Below, in pieces: positions 8,742 through 17,889 of a stretch of 25,711 nt of DNA. Position 1 is the stretch's first letter. Each line of letters begins with the position of its first letter. A program made the position numbers and the translations under genes. Under the pieces are notes generated by a model. The model was not told the DNA's origin, did not search any database, and saw nothing but the letters and a program-made list of their open reading frames with translations. The DNA is from a virus. Taxonomy: Duplodnaviria > Caudoviricetes. Location: positions 1-25,711 of the IMG/VR virus record IMGVR_UViG_3300025662_000009, one strand, 5' to 3'.

Positions 8742-9827
8742 TTATTTAAGTGTTTTAGAAAGTACTGAAGAGTACTTTTCCATTGAAGATGATAGTTGTA
8801 CTGATTCAGCAAGACTTCCATTTTCCATTTCAGCTTTTTCAACATCGAAATCGCTTAGTTTGTCAGAAAAATAAGATTCTTTGACAGTAAAAACTTTCTT
8901 AATAAAAGTTTTCTCGTCTTCGAACTCAAGATCTTCTACAAGACCTTTTAATTTCTCTGATTGAGTACCTGCTAGATCTTTAGCAGCTTCATCAATAATC
9001 ATTTCGCGTTTTAACAATTGAACAGATTCTGTCAATTTAATGTTATCGCCAACCATATTATTAACTTGCTCTTCTAAAGAAGTTACTTCTTCAACTAAAT
9101 CATCAACCAGATCGACTTTAGATTCAGGAACATCAATATAATGTTCTGTAAATAAACCTTTCAATGATTGCATAAATGATTCAGAAATTTCAGTTCTGAT
9201 ACCAGCTTCAATTGCAAGTTTGTTATCTTCCATCCAAGATTCGACTACATAGTTCAAGTAACCATCTACTTTTTCTACAAGTCCTTCTTTGATAACTTCA
9301 CTTTCTTCTTGAAGTTGAACAGCATACTCTTCTTCTAATCTTTCGATCTCTGAAGTGATTTTAGACTTAACAGCAGTTTCAAAGATTGTTCCAGCTTTCT
9401 CTTGGAACTCTTCAGAAAGAGTAGAATCTGCAATTACTAAAGCGTCAAGGTCGTCTTTAAAATCATAAGATTCTTTAACTTTACCCTTTTTCTTTTTCTC
9501 TACAACTACTTTTTCATCGTCTTCGTCTTCCTCATCAGATTCTTTTGATTCTTCCTCATCAGATTCTTCATCTTCGTCATCGATTTCGACTTTTTCGCCA
9601 AGAATAGATTCATAGGCTTTTGCTAATTTGGTTTTATCCAATTTAGACATTTCTTCGTAGATAGATGCTAATAACCCTGCTTTAGTAGCAGGTTTTTCTA
9701 CAGCAACTTCCTCAACGATTTCCTCTGTCGTAACTTCAACGGTTTCAACAAGGCTTTCATCTTGGAGTTCTACTTCAGTAATATCTTCAATAAGATCCAA
9801 CTCTTCGTTTTTGGTCTTCTCAGACAT
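8742..9827 (-). CDS. gp22: Prohead core scaffolding protein
   Basis: Acidic coiled coil; KVDGYLNYVVESWM and LFTEHYIDVP motifs; between gp21 and gp23. Confidence 0.93.
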   Translation of the reverse strand: MSEKTKNEELDLIEDITEVELQDESLVETVEVTTEEIVEEVAVEKPATKAGLLASIYEEMSKLDKTKLAKAYESILGEKVEIDDEDEESDEEESKESDEEDEDDEKVVVEKKKKGKVKESYDFKDDLDALVIADSTLSEEFQEKAGTIFETAVKSKITSEIERLEEEYAVQLQEESEVIKEGLVEKVDGYLNYVVESWMEDNKLAIEAGIRTEISESFMQSLKGLFTEHYIDVPESKVDLVDDLVEEVTSLEEQVNNMVGDNIKLTESVQLLKREMIIDEAAKDLAGTQSEKLKGLVEDLEFEDEKTFIKKVFTVKESYFSDKLSDFDVEKAEMENGSLAESVQLSSSMEKYSSVLSKTLK

Positions 9828-9852
9828 AATAGATTCCTTTAATAATCTAGAG

Positions 9853-10497
9853 TTAAAGTTTTGAGAGGAAATCTTTCCACACCAACATCTGTGCTTCCGC
9901 TAGATGTTTTTTAGATGCTTTCTTGATTTCAGTCCCATATTTTTCAATATCTTGTTGCTTTAGTATACCATTATCCCAAATCCAATCGACACCTTCCATA
10001 ATCCCATTAACAAAGGCTTCTGGTGCTGACGGATCTTGAACAATGTCAATAGTTGAAAGATGAAAATCATCTCCAACCATATTCACACCATTTCTAGTAA
10101 CAAGACTTCCCATACCACGACTTGAAACACCTAGTTGGACACCACCTTCAACCAAACCCTTTACGATCTGACCCATAGGAGTATCTAATATAAGTGCTTT
10201 TCCATTAACATTATTACCATCCCAATTAAGTTCGGTAATCCTGTGTGAAACTTTATCTAAATTAATAGATGGACCATCCGGATGATTTAACTCACCAACC
10301 GCACGACCTTTTACAACTTGTTCTGTAACATATTTATCTACTGCTCTTTCCATGACTGGACGCGGATAAACTCTACCGTTACGGTTTTTAGATTCTGCTT
10401 GCATGAAGATACCTTCAATGACAACACTCTTCTTACCGTTCTTTTCTTCGGTTATATAGTCTAAATTAGATTCAAGATGTTCTGTAATAAGATACAT
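9853..10497 (-). CDS. gp21: Prohead protease
   Basis: NRNGRVY, GELNHP, GVSSRGMGS, DIVQDPSAP. Confidence 0.97.
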   Translation of the reverse strand: MYLITEHLESNLDYITEEKNGKKSVVIEGIFMQAESKNRNGRVYPRPVMERAVDKYVTEQVVKGRAVGELNHPDGPSINLDKVSHRITELNWDGNNVNGKALILDTPMGQIVKGLVEGGVQLGVSSRGMGSLVTRNGVNMVGDDFHLSTIDIVQDPSAPEAFVNGIMEGVDWIWDNGILKQQDIEKYGTEIKKASKKHLAEAQMLVWKDFLSKL

Positions 10498-10507
10498 TTT
10501 ATTTCCT

Positions 10508-10714
10508 TTAAAGTTTCATTAAATCAATAAACTCAGATACTGAAGTTACAGCATCCTTTTCTGATTTAAAACTTGAATCTAATAATTCCCCATCAATACT
10601 AGCAGAGAATTTAGATCCGTTCTTATCAATAGTTATTTTATGTTTGCCTACAGTATAACTTTTAACAGATTCTTGAATATCAACAAACTCTCTTAGTTCT
10701 TTAAATGTCTTCAT
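10508..10714 (-). CDS. Small prohead core protein (gp68 position), 68 aa
   Basis: True start likely MKTFKELRE at 10714, overlapping the end of the upstream ORF; assigned by synteny only. Confidence 0.6.
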   Translation of the reverse strand: MKTFKELREFVDIQESVKSYTVGKHKITIDKNGSKFSASIDGELLDSSFKSEKDAVTSVSEFIDLMKL

Positions 10715-10871
10715 TGTCAGGTTCTCTGTTGTATACTGAATTGCCAAGTTCAACTTTACGAGTTTCAATGGCATCCATAATTCTGGATTTCATTGTACTA
10801 TTAAACATATCAACAGTCTTTGTATTATCACCCACTGATATATTATCTATTAAATCTTTTATATTATTCAT
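10701..10871 (-). CDS. Small prohead core protein (gp67-like), 56 aa, missed by the ORF track
   Basis: MNNIKDLIDNISVGDNTKTVDMFNSTMKSRIMDAIETRKVELGNSVYNREPDNEDI; AGGA RBS; late promoter just upstream; lies directly after gp20. Confidence 0.75.
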   Translation of the reverse strand: MNNIKDLIDNISVGDNTKTVDMFNSTMKSRIMDAIETRKVELGNSVYNREPDNEDI

Positions 10872-10890
10872 GTTTATTCCTATATTATTA

Positions 10891-10898
10891 TATTTATA
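10891..10898 (-). promoter_or_regulatory. Late promoter for gp67-gp23
   Basis: Intergenic TATAAATA. Confidence 0.85.
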
Positions 10899-10918
10899 AC
10901 ATTTAATATTTCAAGATA

Positions 10919-12412
10919 TTATATGTCATCTTCATCTGGAATATCACCCGATTTTCTTTCTTCATCGATTTCATCAGACATTTGTTTAATATCATCTTCT
11001 GATAACATTAAAACGTTTTTACGAATCCAATCTTTAGAATAATAATCACCAACATATTGATCAAGTTCGGTTAATAATCCAACTCGTTCTCTTATGATCT
11101 CATTTTCTTTAAGTTCTGAGAAATAAGAGTCTTTAATATAATCAACAACAATATTCTCTCTGAAATCATACCAATCACTCTCAGTAATAATACCCTTAAG
11201 TAATAATTGGGTTTTCAGTAAATCAAGTAATAACCAAGAAAACTTCTTGCGTAATCTATTAATAAACTTCTGAAACTTAACTTCATCCCTTGAAATTTCA
11301 GTTGATCTACCTAAACTAAAACCATTTTCTGATTCTAATCTATCTACTGGTACATTCAATGATTTATATAGTTTCTTTTGGAAGTATAGTATATCATCAA
11401 TTTGTCCAAGGTTTTCGCCACCAGGAAGTGTAGTAATTTCAGTACCACGACCACCTTCTCTACGCGGTAACCAAAAATCTTCCAGCATAGACATATTCTT
11501 GCGATCATCTTTAATCTCACCAGTAGAAGCATCATACACCAATTTATTTCTATACTGGTTCATAATACCTTTCAGATATTCTTCTGCTTTACCTTTTGGC
11601 AAGTTACCAACATCAATATAAAATATACGTCTTTCTGGTGCTCTTGATAATCTATAAATTACAAGAGAATCTTCCATCATCCGTAATTGATTTACGGGTT
11701 TAATTGCTTTATGTAAATAACTTAATACAGTTTTCTTATTACCTTCTAGTAAACCAGAAGTAGTATATTGAACTGCATCAGATGAAATCTTTAAACCTTG
11801 ATTAGATTTATTTAAACTTGTATCTTGATAAATGTAATATTCATCAACTGATTTGATAAGTTCTGCCCCTGTTACAGGATCTTTGACTTTATCAATCTCT
11901 TTTACTTTACGAATTCGTGTAGGATCAATTGGTCTTAATTCCAATATACCTTTCTTTGGAGTTTTTTCATCAATAATGATATGATAGAACAATCTACCAT
12001 CAACATACCATTTACGAAAAATCTCATGACCATAATGATTAAATTGTAATAACCTTACAACATTCTCAAACTCTTCTTTGATAGTCTTTTTGATATTATC
12101 AGGTTGATCTAAGTCATCCATAATAATTTCAACAGGTGCCGAATTAGAATCTGAAACAATTGCTTCGTTGATAATATCTTCAATAGCAGCATCACATTCT
12201 GGATGTTGTGCTATATCTCTATATCGTCTAACATTATCTGCTTCATTCTTATCACCGTCAGTACCACCAATATCTACATACTGTCCATAATGACCACCAG
12301 CAGATACATAACTGGAACCATCATCTTCCATTGGAGCAACAAACGATTGTTTTTTATCGTCTTCTTTATCTTGGGACTTTCTTTTAAATTCAAATCCAAA
12401 TAATGATGCCAT
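10919..12412 (-). CDS. gp20: Portal vertex protein
   Basis: WYVDGR, IYRLSRAPERRIFYIDVGNLPK, EDFWLPRREGGRGTEITTLPGG. Confidence 0.99.
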   Translation of the reverse strand: MASLFGFEFKRKSQDKEDDKKQSFVAPMEDDGSSYVSAGGHYGQYVDIGGTDGDKNEADNVRRYRDIAQHPECDAAIEDIINEAIVSDSNSAPVEIIMDDLDQPDNIKKTIKEEFENVVRLLQFNHYGHEIFRKWYVDGRLFYHIIIDEKTPKKGILELRPIDPTRIRKVKEIDKVKDPVTGAELIKSVDEYYIYQDTSLNKSNQGLKISSDAVQYTTSGLLEGNKKTVLSYLHKAIKPVNQLRMMEDSLVIYRLSRAPERRIFYIDVGNLPKGKAEEYLKGIMNQYRNKLVYDASTGEIKDDRKNMSMLEDFWLPRREGGRGTEITTLPGGENLGQIDDILYFQKKLYKSLNVPVDRLESENGFSLGRSTEISRDEVKFQKFINRLRKKFSWLLLDLLKTQLLLKGIITESDWYDFRENIVVDYIKDSYFSELKENEIIRERVGLLTELDQYVGDYYSKDWIRKNVLMLSEDDIKQMSDEIDEERKSGDIPDEDDI

Positions 12413-12469
12413 AGTATTTTTCCTAAGTTATAAAGGGGAGGGATAATTTCTTACCCCTCCATTCACTTA

Positions 12470-12477
12470 TATTTATA
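12470..12477 (-). promoter_or_regulatory. Late promoter for gp20
   Basis: Intergenic TATAAATA. Confidence 0.85.
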
Positions 12478-12487
12478 TAATAATTTT

Positions 12488-13021
12488 CTAGTTAGTTGTA
12501 TCAGATTCCCAATATTGAACTTGAAGTTCAACGGTGAATTCTTGGATACCCTCAGTTTCATAACTTACATCAATTGCTGATAAGTTACTAGGCCAAAGAC
12601 CTCTAAAAACATAACCTTTTAGTTGCTCACCACTCTTATCTAATTGATAGATACTTGCATCCGCAAAATAATCTGAAGTATTGGTTACACCAGTATTAGC
12701 AGAATGTGCATTAATACCATCCATCCATTTTTCAAATACATTTCTTAGTGCAAAGTTAGAATCATTGATTACAGTGATAATCCAAGGTTCAAATGTACGA
12801 TCTCCCGCAATTTGTAACTTTCTACCACGAAATGGTACTTCAATTGGTGCAATAACTGAAGAAGGTAAACTTGCTGCTTTGATTAAAAACCCCGCAAGTT
12901 CAGATTCCCCAGAACCCGCAAGTGCTACTGCTGGCCAACCCATTTCAACTTTGAAAAGGTTTGATCTTGCACCACCACCGAATAATTTTGACTTAAAGTC
13001 ATCTACGCCTAAAATTGCCAT
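12488..13021 (-). CDS. gp19: Tail tube protein
   Basis: GGARSNLF, VPFRGRKLQIAGDRTFEPW, EFTVELQVQYW. Confidence 0.97.
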   Translation of the reverse strand: MAILGVDDFKSKLFGGGARSNLFKVEMGWPAVALAGSGESELAGFLIKAASLPSSVIAPIEVPFRGRKLQIAGDRTFEPWIITVINDSNFALRNVFEKWMDGINAHSANTGVTNTSDYFADASIYQLDKSGEQLKGYVFRGLWPSNLSAIDVSYETEGIQEFTVELQVQYWESDTTN

Positions 13022-13032
13022 TTAAGATCCCC

Positions 13033-14712
13033 TTATTTTTGACCGATAATTTCTGCGAATTGAACACCAGTACGAGTGGCGATAAAATTCAAAGTAATGA
13101 AGTTGATTGAACGAGCAGGTTTAATATAGATATCAGCAACAAACTGATTAGATCCTATAATTTCTCCGGTATTATTAGTTTCATCACAGATAACTGCGAA
13201 GTCAGTAATACCCCTACGACCCTTTACGTCACGTAAGAATGGTTCAACCATGTTACGGAACATTGCTCTTGTAAATTCGTCATTCAGTTCAAACAATTGA
13301 TATTTAGCTGCGGTAGCAATTGCTTTTTCTAAAACGATGAACAATCTACGGACATTAATACGATCAAAAGCAGATGGTTTTGCTTGAGCAGTTTTATCAC
13401 CATAAAGAAGTGTACCTTGACCAGGAAAAGAAACAATTGGATTGATTCTTGCTTTGTGAAGTGTATCACGATCTGCTTGCTTAGGGTTAAAAGCAATTTT
13501 AGTGACACCTAATACTTGACCACGTGTATAACCAGCAGGAGAGAACCAAGGATCTGCAACTGTATCTGTGTTAGCACATAAACCAGCCATAACACCAGCA
13601 GCAGGAATCCAACGGTATACATCATTATATTTATCGTATACTTTTAATGCGGTTGAATCTATAACAGCATAAGAACTTGAACTTACCTGATCAGCAAATG
13701 TTTTTACATCAGTTGCAGGAGTAGAAGTACCAACAGTATCTTGAATAGGAGGAGAAATGAATGCTACAACATCTTTACGTGCTTCTGCTAATGCAATAAG
13801 GTAATTAGCAAATGTAACATCTTCACCACCATCAACACCAGGAACAGAGAATATTAAATTTACATCAACAGTATCTGCATCAGAGAAAAAATCAAATCCA
13901 GTTTGAAGTTCACCAAGTGTAGGTAAATTATCATCAGTACCACCAGAAAACGAATCAGAAACTTCAGCAGCAATAACAGTAGCATTAAAATCTGCAACAG
14001 CAGAAGTAAGACCACCAGCATTTACTAATGTAGCGTCATGATCACCAAACCAAACATAATTAGAGTTTCCGTTTAATACATCTTTGTAGTAACTAGAAGT
14101 TCCATCACTTGCTTTAGCATCAGATGCTTGAGATACAAATGGAAATGTTTCTAGAACAGAACCAGCAAGACCTGTCCAAGAACCATCTTCATCGATTATT
14201 GCTATATGCATTTCATCATTACTAGAAGAATGTGCAGCAGCATAAGTTGAAGTACTTGGTGCAGAATCAAAGTTGTCTGCATATGCCCAACTAGCAAATA
14301 CAGTAGTATCAGCAGGACAAATAGAAACTTTTAAAGAGTTTCCTAATATGCCTGGATATTTCGCAACCCAAGAATCTGTTACAGTCGCTTCCTCATAATC
14401 ATCACGATTCATGATTAACTGACCAACACCAGAACTTGTCGCGTTTAAATTAGTAGTAGCGGTACGAACAACTTTAAGAGCTCTTCCATATTGCAGGAAA
14501 GCAGCTGCTGATAAGAAGTAAGGTGCTGTATTATCATCGGGTATACCGAAGGTTGAGGCAAGTTCTGATTCTGAACCTACCATCCGAATTTCGTTTACGG
14601 GACCCCAATTGAATGCACCAGCAAAACCACCAATAGAGGTAGATATCGCGGGAACAACATTTGTTAGGTCTATTTCTTTTACCTGAACGCCAGGTGAAAC
14701 TTGAAAGCCCAT
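13033..14712 (-). CDS. gp18: Tail sheath protein
   Basis: SPGVQVKEIDLT, WFSPAGYTRG, FDRINVRRLF, IKPARSINFITLNF. Confidence 0.98.
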   Translation of the reverse strand: MGFQVSPGVQVKEIDLTNVVPAISTSIGGFAGAFNWGPVNEIRMVGSESELASTFGIPDDNTAPYFLSAAAFLQYGRALKVVRTATTNLNATSSGVGQLIMNRDDYEEATVTDSWVAKYPGILGNSLKVSICPADTTVFASWAYADNFDSAPSTSTYAAAHSSSNDEMHIAIIDEDGSWTGLAGSVLETFPFVSQASDAKASDGTSSYYKDVLNGNSNYVWFGDHDATLVNAGGLTSAVADFNATVIAAEVSDSFSGGTDDNLPTLGELQTGFDFFSDADTVDVNLIFSVPGVDGGEDVTFANYLIALAEARKDVVAFISPPIQDTVGTSTPATDVKTFADQVSSSSYAVIDSTALKVYDKYNDVYRWIPAAGVMAGLCANTDTVADPWFSPAGYTRGQVLGVTKIAFNPKQADRDTLHKARINPIVSFPGQGTLLYGDKTAQAKPSAFDRINVRRLFIVLEKAIATAAKYQLFELNDEFTRAMFRNMVEPFLRDVKGRRGITDFAVICDETNNTGEIIGSNQFVADIYIKPARSINFITLNFIATRTGVQFAEIIGQK

Positions 14713-14793
14713 ATTTGTTTCCTCTCCAAAAAGATTATAAAAAATGATTATAATGTAATAAGAATCATAATAAGATTATTACTCATTCAATAC

Positions 14794-14801
14794 TATTTAT
14801 A
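14794..14801 (-). promoter_or_regulatory. Late promoter for gp18-gp19
   Basis: Intergenic TATAAATA; a second copy lies at 14827-14834 within the gp17 3' end. Confidence 0.85.
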
Positions 14802-14812
14802 CTATTTAATAT

Positions 14813-16510
14813 TTAGAACATACCAGTATTTATAGTTTCCCATTGTACCCCATCTTCTACTGTAAAAGCATCTTCTCTACCATCATCAAAAATGCCTACA
14901 GGAACAATATCATCTTCCATTGCTCTTACTTTCTCTGAATATAATAAATTCTTAATATTTATATCAGTCATTTCACCAAAGAATGGTGTGGAAGTGAACC
15001 AAGCAAACAGAACAAGGTTCATTACTAAATCATCATGGTTTCCTCGTGATGCCTCAAAAGAAGAACCTCGTGATATAAAAGTAGATAACTCAATAATTGT
15101 ATTAGCATCATTTATCTTTAATTTATTCTGCTCAATAATATCTTTCATATTAGATGTACCAATTCTTTTGATCTTCTTGGTCATTGTAACACCAATAGAA
15201 TTGCTTTTAATTATCGATTCAACATAAACATTTTCATATTCTAGTTCATAATATAATCCATTACAAACAATAGAACCTTGATCATTTGATTCTACTATTA
15301 TATATGCCTCATTATATAACATAGCATATTTATATAATACATCAGGATATAATAAAGGAGATATATTATTATCTTGGAAAACACAAACTTGTTCAAAAGG
15401 TGATGATGTTATATCAATAATATTAAATGTAGAATAATCTTGACCACGACCTTTAGCAATATCAACGAACATCATATACTCATGACCATGTTCTGGATCT
15501 TTATAAACTCTTAGATTATAAGTTTCCTTTATTGGATCAATCGCATTAAGTGTTAATAAACATTCTGGTGTTACCAGTGTATCAGAACCACCAATAAATG
15601 AGTTACCAAATTCTTGGGTAAATTGCAATTCAGAAGTGTTAGCAATAGTTTGTCTTTTCCATTCTTCATCACGTCCAGGAACATCTTGCCAATCTACCCT
15701 GAATGGTTTAAAGTCGTTAGTCTTTTGATTAGCACCTTCCCATAACTTATAGAATACATTACCAATACCATTAGCGGTTGAGGTGATAATAATTCTTGTA
15801 GATGTACCAGAAGATACAACAGGATAAGTTGATGTATAAAATGTAGCATCATTCTCAATGAAAGCAAACTCATCCAAGAACAATAATGATACAGATAAAC
15901 CACGAATAGAAGAGCCAGAAGTTGCGGCAGCAACAATCTTAGAGTTATTAGAGAATTCTATTGAACCTTTATTTAGGGTTTTACATCCTGGTTGTAAGAA
16001 GAATGGTAAGTTTTCTAACATTAGGGTGACACGTGACAACATTTCACGAGCAGTGGCACCTTTGTTTGCTAGTATTGCGATCACTTTTTCTGGATTGAAT
16101 ATAGCATACCATAGCAGATATGCAACAGATGATATACTATTATGACTTAATATACCATTAGAATAAAATGTATGATTATCCGAATCTATTGACAGATCAT
16201 ACATATGTTCTTTAAGATAATCTGGTTTAACCACTGAAGATACTATACTATTACCCTCAATAGTTTGTATCATAACCCCTAGAGAATCTTTGGCATAAAC
16301 TTCATTACCAAATGAATCTATAACGATGTGTGTATCCGCACACTCTAAGAAATGTCCATTTTCTGTAACCAATTTCCACACATCATATTCAATAGTTTTC
16401 TTACTAGATGTTATATCCTTATATCCATCCTCTGTAAGAATTTCATAATCACTCACATCAAATTCTTCAATAAACTTTCTTTCAGTTTTATCAGATAGTA
16501 ATTGGTTCAT
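14813..16510 (-). CDS. gp17: Terminase large subunit, C-terminal part: split-intein C fragment fused to the C-extein (ATPase Walker B and nuclease domain)
   Basis: Likely start ATG 16510 after GAGG. Intein blocks precede SISSVAYLLW; LFLDEFAF, ITSTANG, VDIAKGRGQDYS and HDDLVM are T4 gp17 motifs. Confidence 0.93.
   Translation of the reverse strand: MNQLLSDKTERKFIEEFDVSDYEILTEDGYKDITSSKKTIEYDVWKLVTENGHFLECADTHIVIDSFGNEVYAKDSLGVMIQTIEGNSIVSSVVKPDYLKEHMYDLSIDSDNHTFYSNGILSHNSISSVAYLLWYAIFNPEKVIAILANKGATAREMLSRVTLMLENLPFFLQPGCKTLNKGSIEFSNNSKIVAAATSGSSIRGLSVSLLFLDEFAFIENDATFYTSTYPVVSSGTSTRIIITSTANGIGNVFYKLWEGANQKTNDFKPFRVDWQDVPGRDEEWKRQTIANTSELQFTQEFGNSFIGGSDTLVTPECLLTLNAIDPIKETYNLRVYKDPEHGHEYMMFVDIAKGRGQDYSTFNIIDITSSPFEQVCVFQDNNISPLLYPDVLYKYAMLYNEAYIIVESNDQGSIVCNGLYYELEYENVYVESIIKSNSIGVTMTKKIKRIGTSNMKDIIEQNKLKINDANTIIELSTFISRGSSFEASRGNHDDLVMNLVLFAWFTSTPFFGEMTDINIKNLLYSEKVRAMEDDIVPVGIFDDGREDAFTVEDGVQWETINTGMF
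16139..16510 (-). mobile_element. Split intein C fragment (IntC, about 124 aa)
   Basis: ILTEDGYKDI, block B-like LECADTH, block F MYDL, block G FYSNGILSHN followed by Ser+1. Confidence 0.92.
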
Positions 16511-17537
16511 CAAATGCCTCTGTGGTTTTAAATCCATTATAGTTCACGTTAATTCTTATATCTTTATGCAAATTTAATATAGATTGTTCTGCTTTAAAAC
16601 ACTCATAGAATGTCATATTTTTATTTTCAGTAATAATATCCATATTAAGATTATATTTATTCATTGAACCAAAACGTTCTTTTATTGTACGTGATGTTAT
16701 ACCAACCTTCCAAAATACTATATCTTCATTATAAAATTTAATAAGATATAATATACCTGGTATATTTTTCATCTCAGGTTTCCTGTTAAACAATTGGTTC
16801 ATTCTTCCTGTACCTTTCTTTTGATTAATAATATCAATTTCTTCAGGTGTCTTATCTTTAAGGGTTTCTTGCCACACATCTTGTCTTTGTTGCCATCTTA
16901 ATTTTCCCGCTTCTTCTCCATATTTTTCAATACACGATTTTAGTGAGAATGTCGATTGCCTTTCTGATAGTGCTGCCTTAGCATCATCTATTGATAAACC
17001 TTGTGCTAAATAAAATTCAATATTTGTGTGTTGATTTTGTGGATTATCTTTAACACTTTGCATCTTCTTTTTAACAACATCTTCAATTGAATAATCAACA
17101 GAACCATCTTGATATTTCACAAACTTATTTGAAAATGGACTTAATCTCCCTCCATGCTGAAATGCTGGATTCTTACTACCTAACATTCTATCAGAATATT
17201 TAGTTAATACTTTATCAGACAATATAGCAGCAGAATCATATCTATCCTTATATTCACTTATAGTAACATTATGGGAATTTATTATATGTTGTCTTATATC
17301 ATCTCTGTAATATATATTACATATTCTACAAGTAACACCACCAATATCAGGTCTTTCCAATTCATTATATAATCTTGAGATCTTTTGACCTATAGGTTTA
17401 TTCTTCATATTCTCAAATATCATATCATGCGTGGATATGATATTTTCTATGTTATCTTTATATAACACATGTTTAGATCTACCTTTGTTGTTAGATTCTT
17501 TAATTATTCTGTTACATATTTCTTTTAATTCTTTCAT
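16491..17537 (-). CDS. Free-standing putative homing endonuclease (C2H2-like Zn finger, DNA-binding modules, C-terminal GIY-YIG-like domain)
   Basis: CRIC...HIINSH, NUMOD-like RMLGSKNPAF, C-terminal GILYLIKF...WKVGITSRTIKERF...E...GFKTTEAF; start ATG 17537 after GGAGA. Confidence 0.78.
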   Translation of the reverse strand: MKELKEICNRIIKESNNKGRSKHVLYKDNIENIISTHDMIFENMKNKPIGQKISRLYNELERPDIGGVTCRICNIYYRDDIRQHIINSHNVTISEYKDRYDSAAILSDKVLTKYSDRMLGSKNPAFQHGGRLSPFSNKFVKYQDGSVDYSIEDVVKKKMQSVKDNPQNQHTNIEFYLAQGLSIDDAKAALSERQSTFSLKSCIEKYGEEAGKLRWQQRQDVWQETLKDKTPEEIDIINQKKGTGRMNQLFNRKPEMKNIPGILYLIKFYNEDIVFWKVGITSRTIKERFGSMNKYNLNMDIITENKNMTFYECFKAEQSILNLHKDIRINVNYNGFKTTEAFDEPITI

Positions 17538-17889
17538 GAAAATCTCCAATGCTTATACGTTCTTCTATATTAGTTTTCTTGTTCCTAATATATATATAAG
17601 AATTAAAAGTTTGACATTTACCAGATTGTCTACAAGCAAGAACAATAGAGAATCTATTATTATTGAAGTGATCGAACATATTTTCTTGATAATCGTATAG
17701 ATCGAATGGAACTAAACCTCTATCAAGATGAATAACTTTTAGATAAGTTCTAGCAAAGTATGCAGGATCATTCATACACTTTGAGTATTCATCAATCTCT
17801 TCTTGAGTCCAGTTCTGATTTATACCATCTTTTTTGACAAGGGGATTACCAAGATACCCCTTTGTTTCAACTTTCTGAATCGATTTCAT
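17512..17889 (-). CDS. gp17: Terminase large subunit, N-terminal part (91-aa N-extein plus IntN)
   Basis: YLGNPLVKK, DPAYFARTY, LYDYQ adenine-binding motif, Walker A ACRQSGK. Confidence 0.93.
   Translation of the reverse strand: MKSIQKVETKGYLGNPLVKKDGINQNWTQEEIDEYSKCMNDPAYFARTYLKVIHLDRGLVPFDLYDYQENMFDHFNNNRFSIVLACRQSGKCQTFNSYIYIRNKKTNIEERISIGDFHERIKRNM
17515..17616 (-). mobile_element. Split intein N fragment (IntN, 34 aa)
   Basis: CQTFNSYIYIR...ISIGDFHERIKRNM* begins with Cys1 right after Walker A GK; matches the block A pattern of short IntN fragments. Confidence 0.88.

Noticed and set aside
9526-9568. Short direct repeat in gp22
   Set aside because: It encodes a low-complexity acidic linker (ESDEE twice), common in scaffold proteins; not a CRISPR or regulatory repeat.
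10715-10774. N-terminal extension of the 88-aa ORF 10508-10774
   Set aside because: It overlaps the better-supported gp67-like ORF (10701-10871); the start at 10714 is more plausible.
1339-15334. Intragenic TATAAATA copies at 1339-1346 and 15327-15334
   Set aside because: Far from start codons in AT-rich coding DNA; probably chance matches.
16491-17616. Group I intron interrupting gp17
   Set aside because: The insert is entirely coding with overlapping ORFs, leaving no room for an intron core, and both flanks carry clear intein splice motifs.
14813-17889. gp17 as a pseudogene or sequencing frameshifts in one contiguous intein
   Set aside because: All catalytic motifs are intact, each ORF has its own RBS and ATG, and two independent errors exactly at the module boundaries would be needed.
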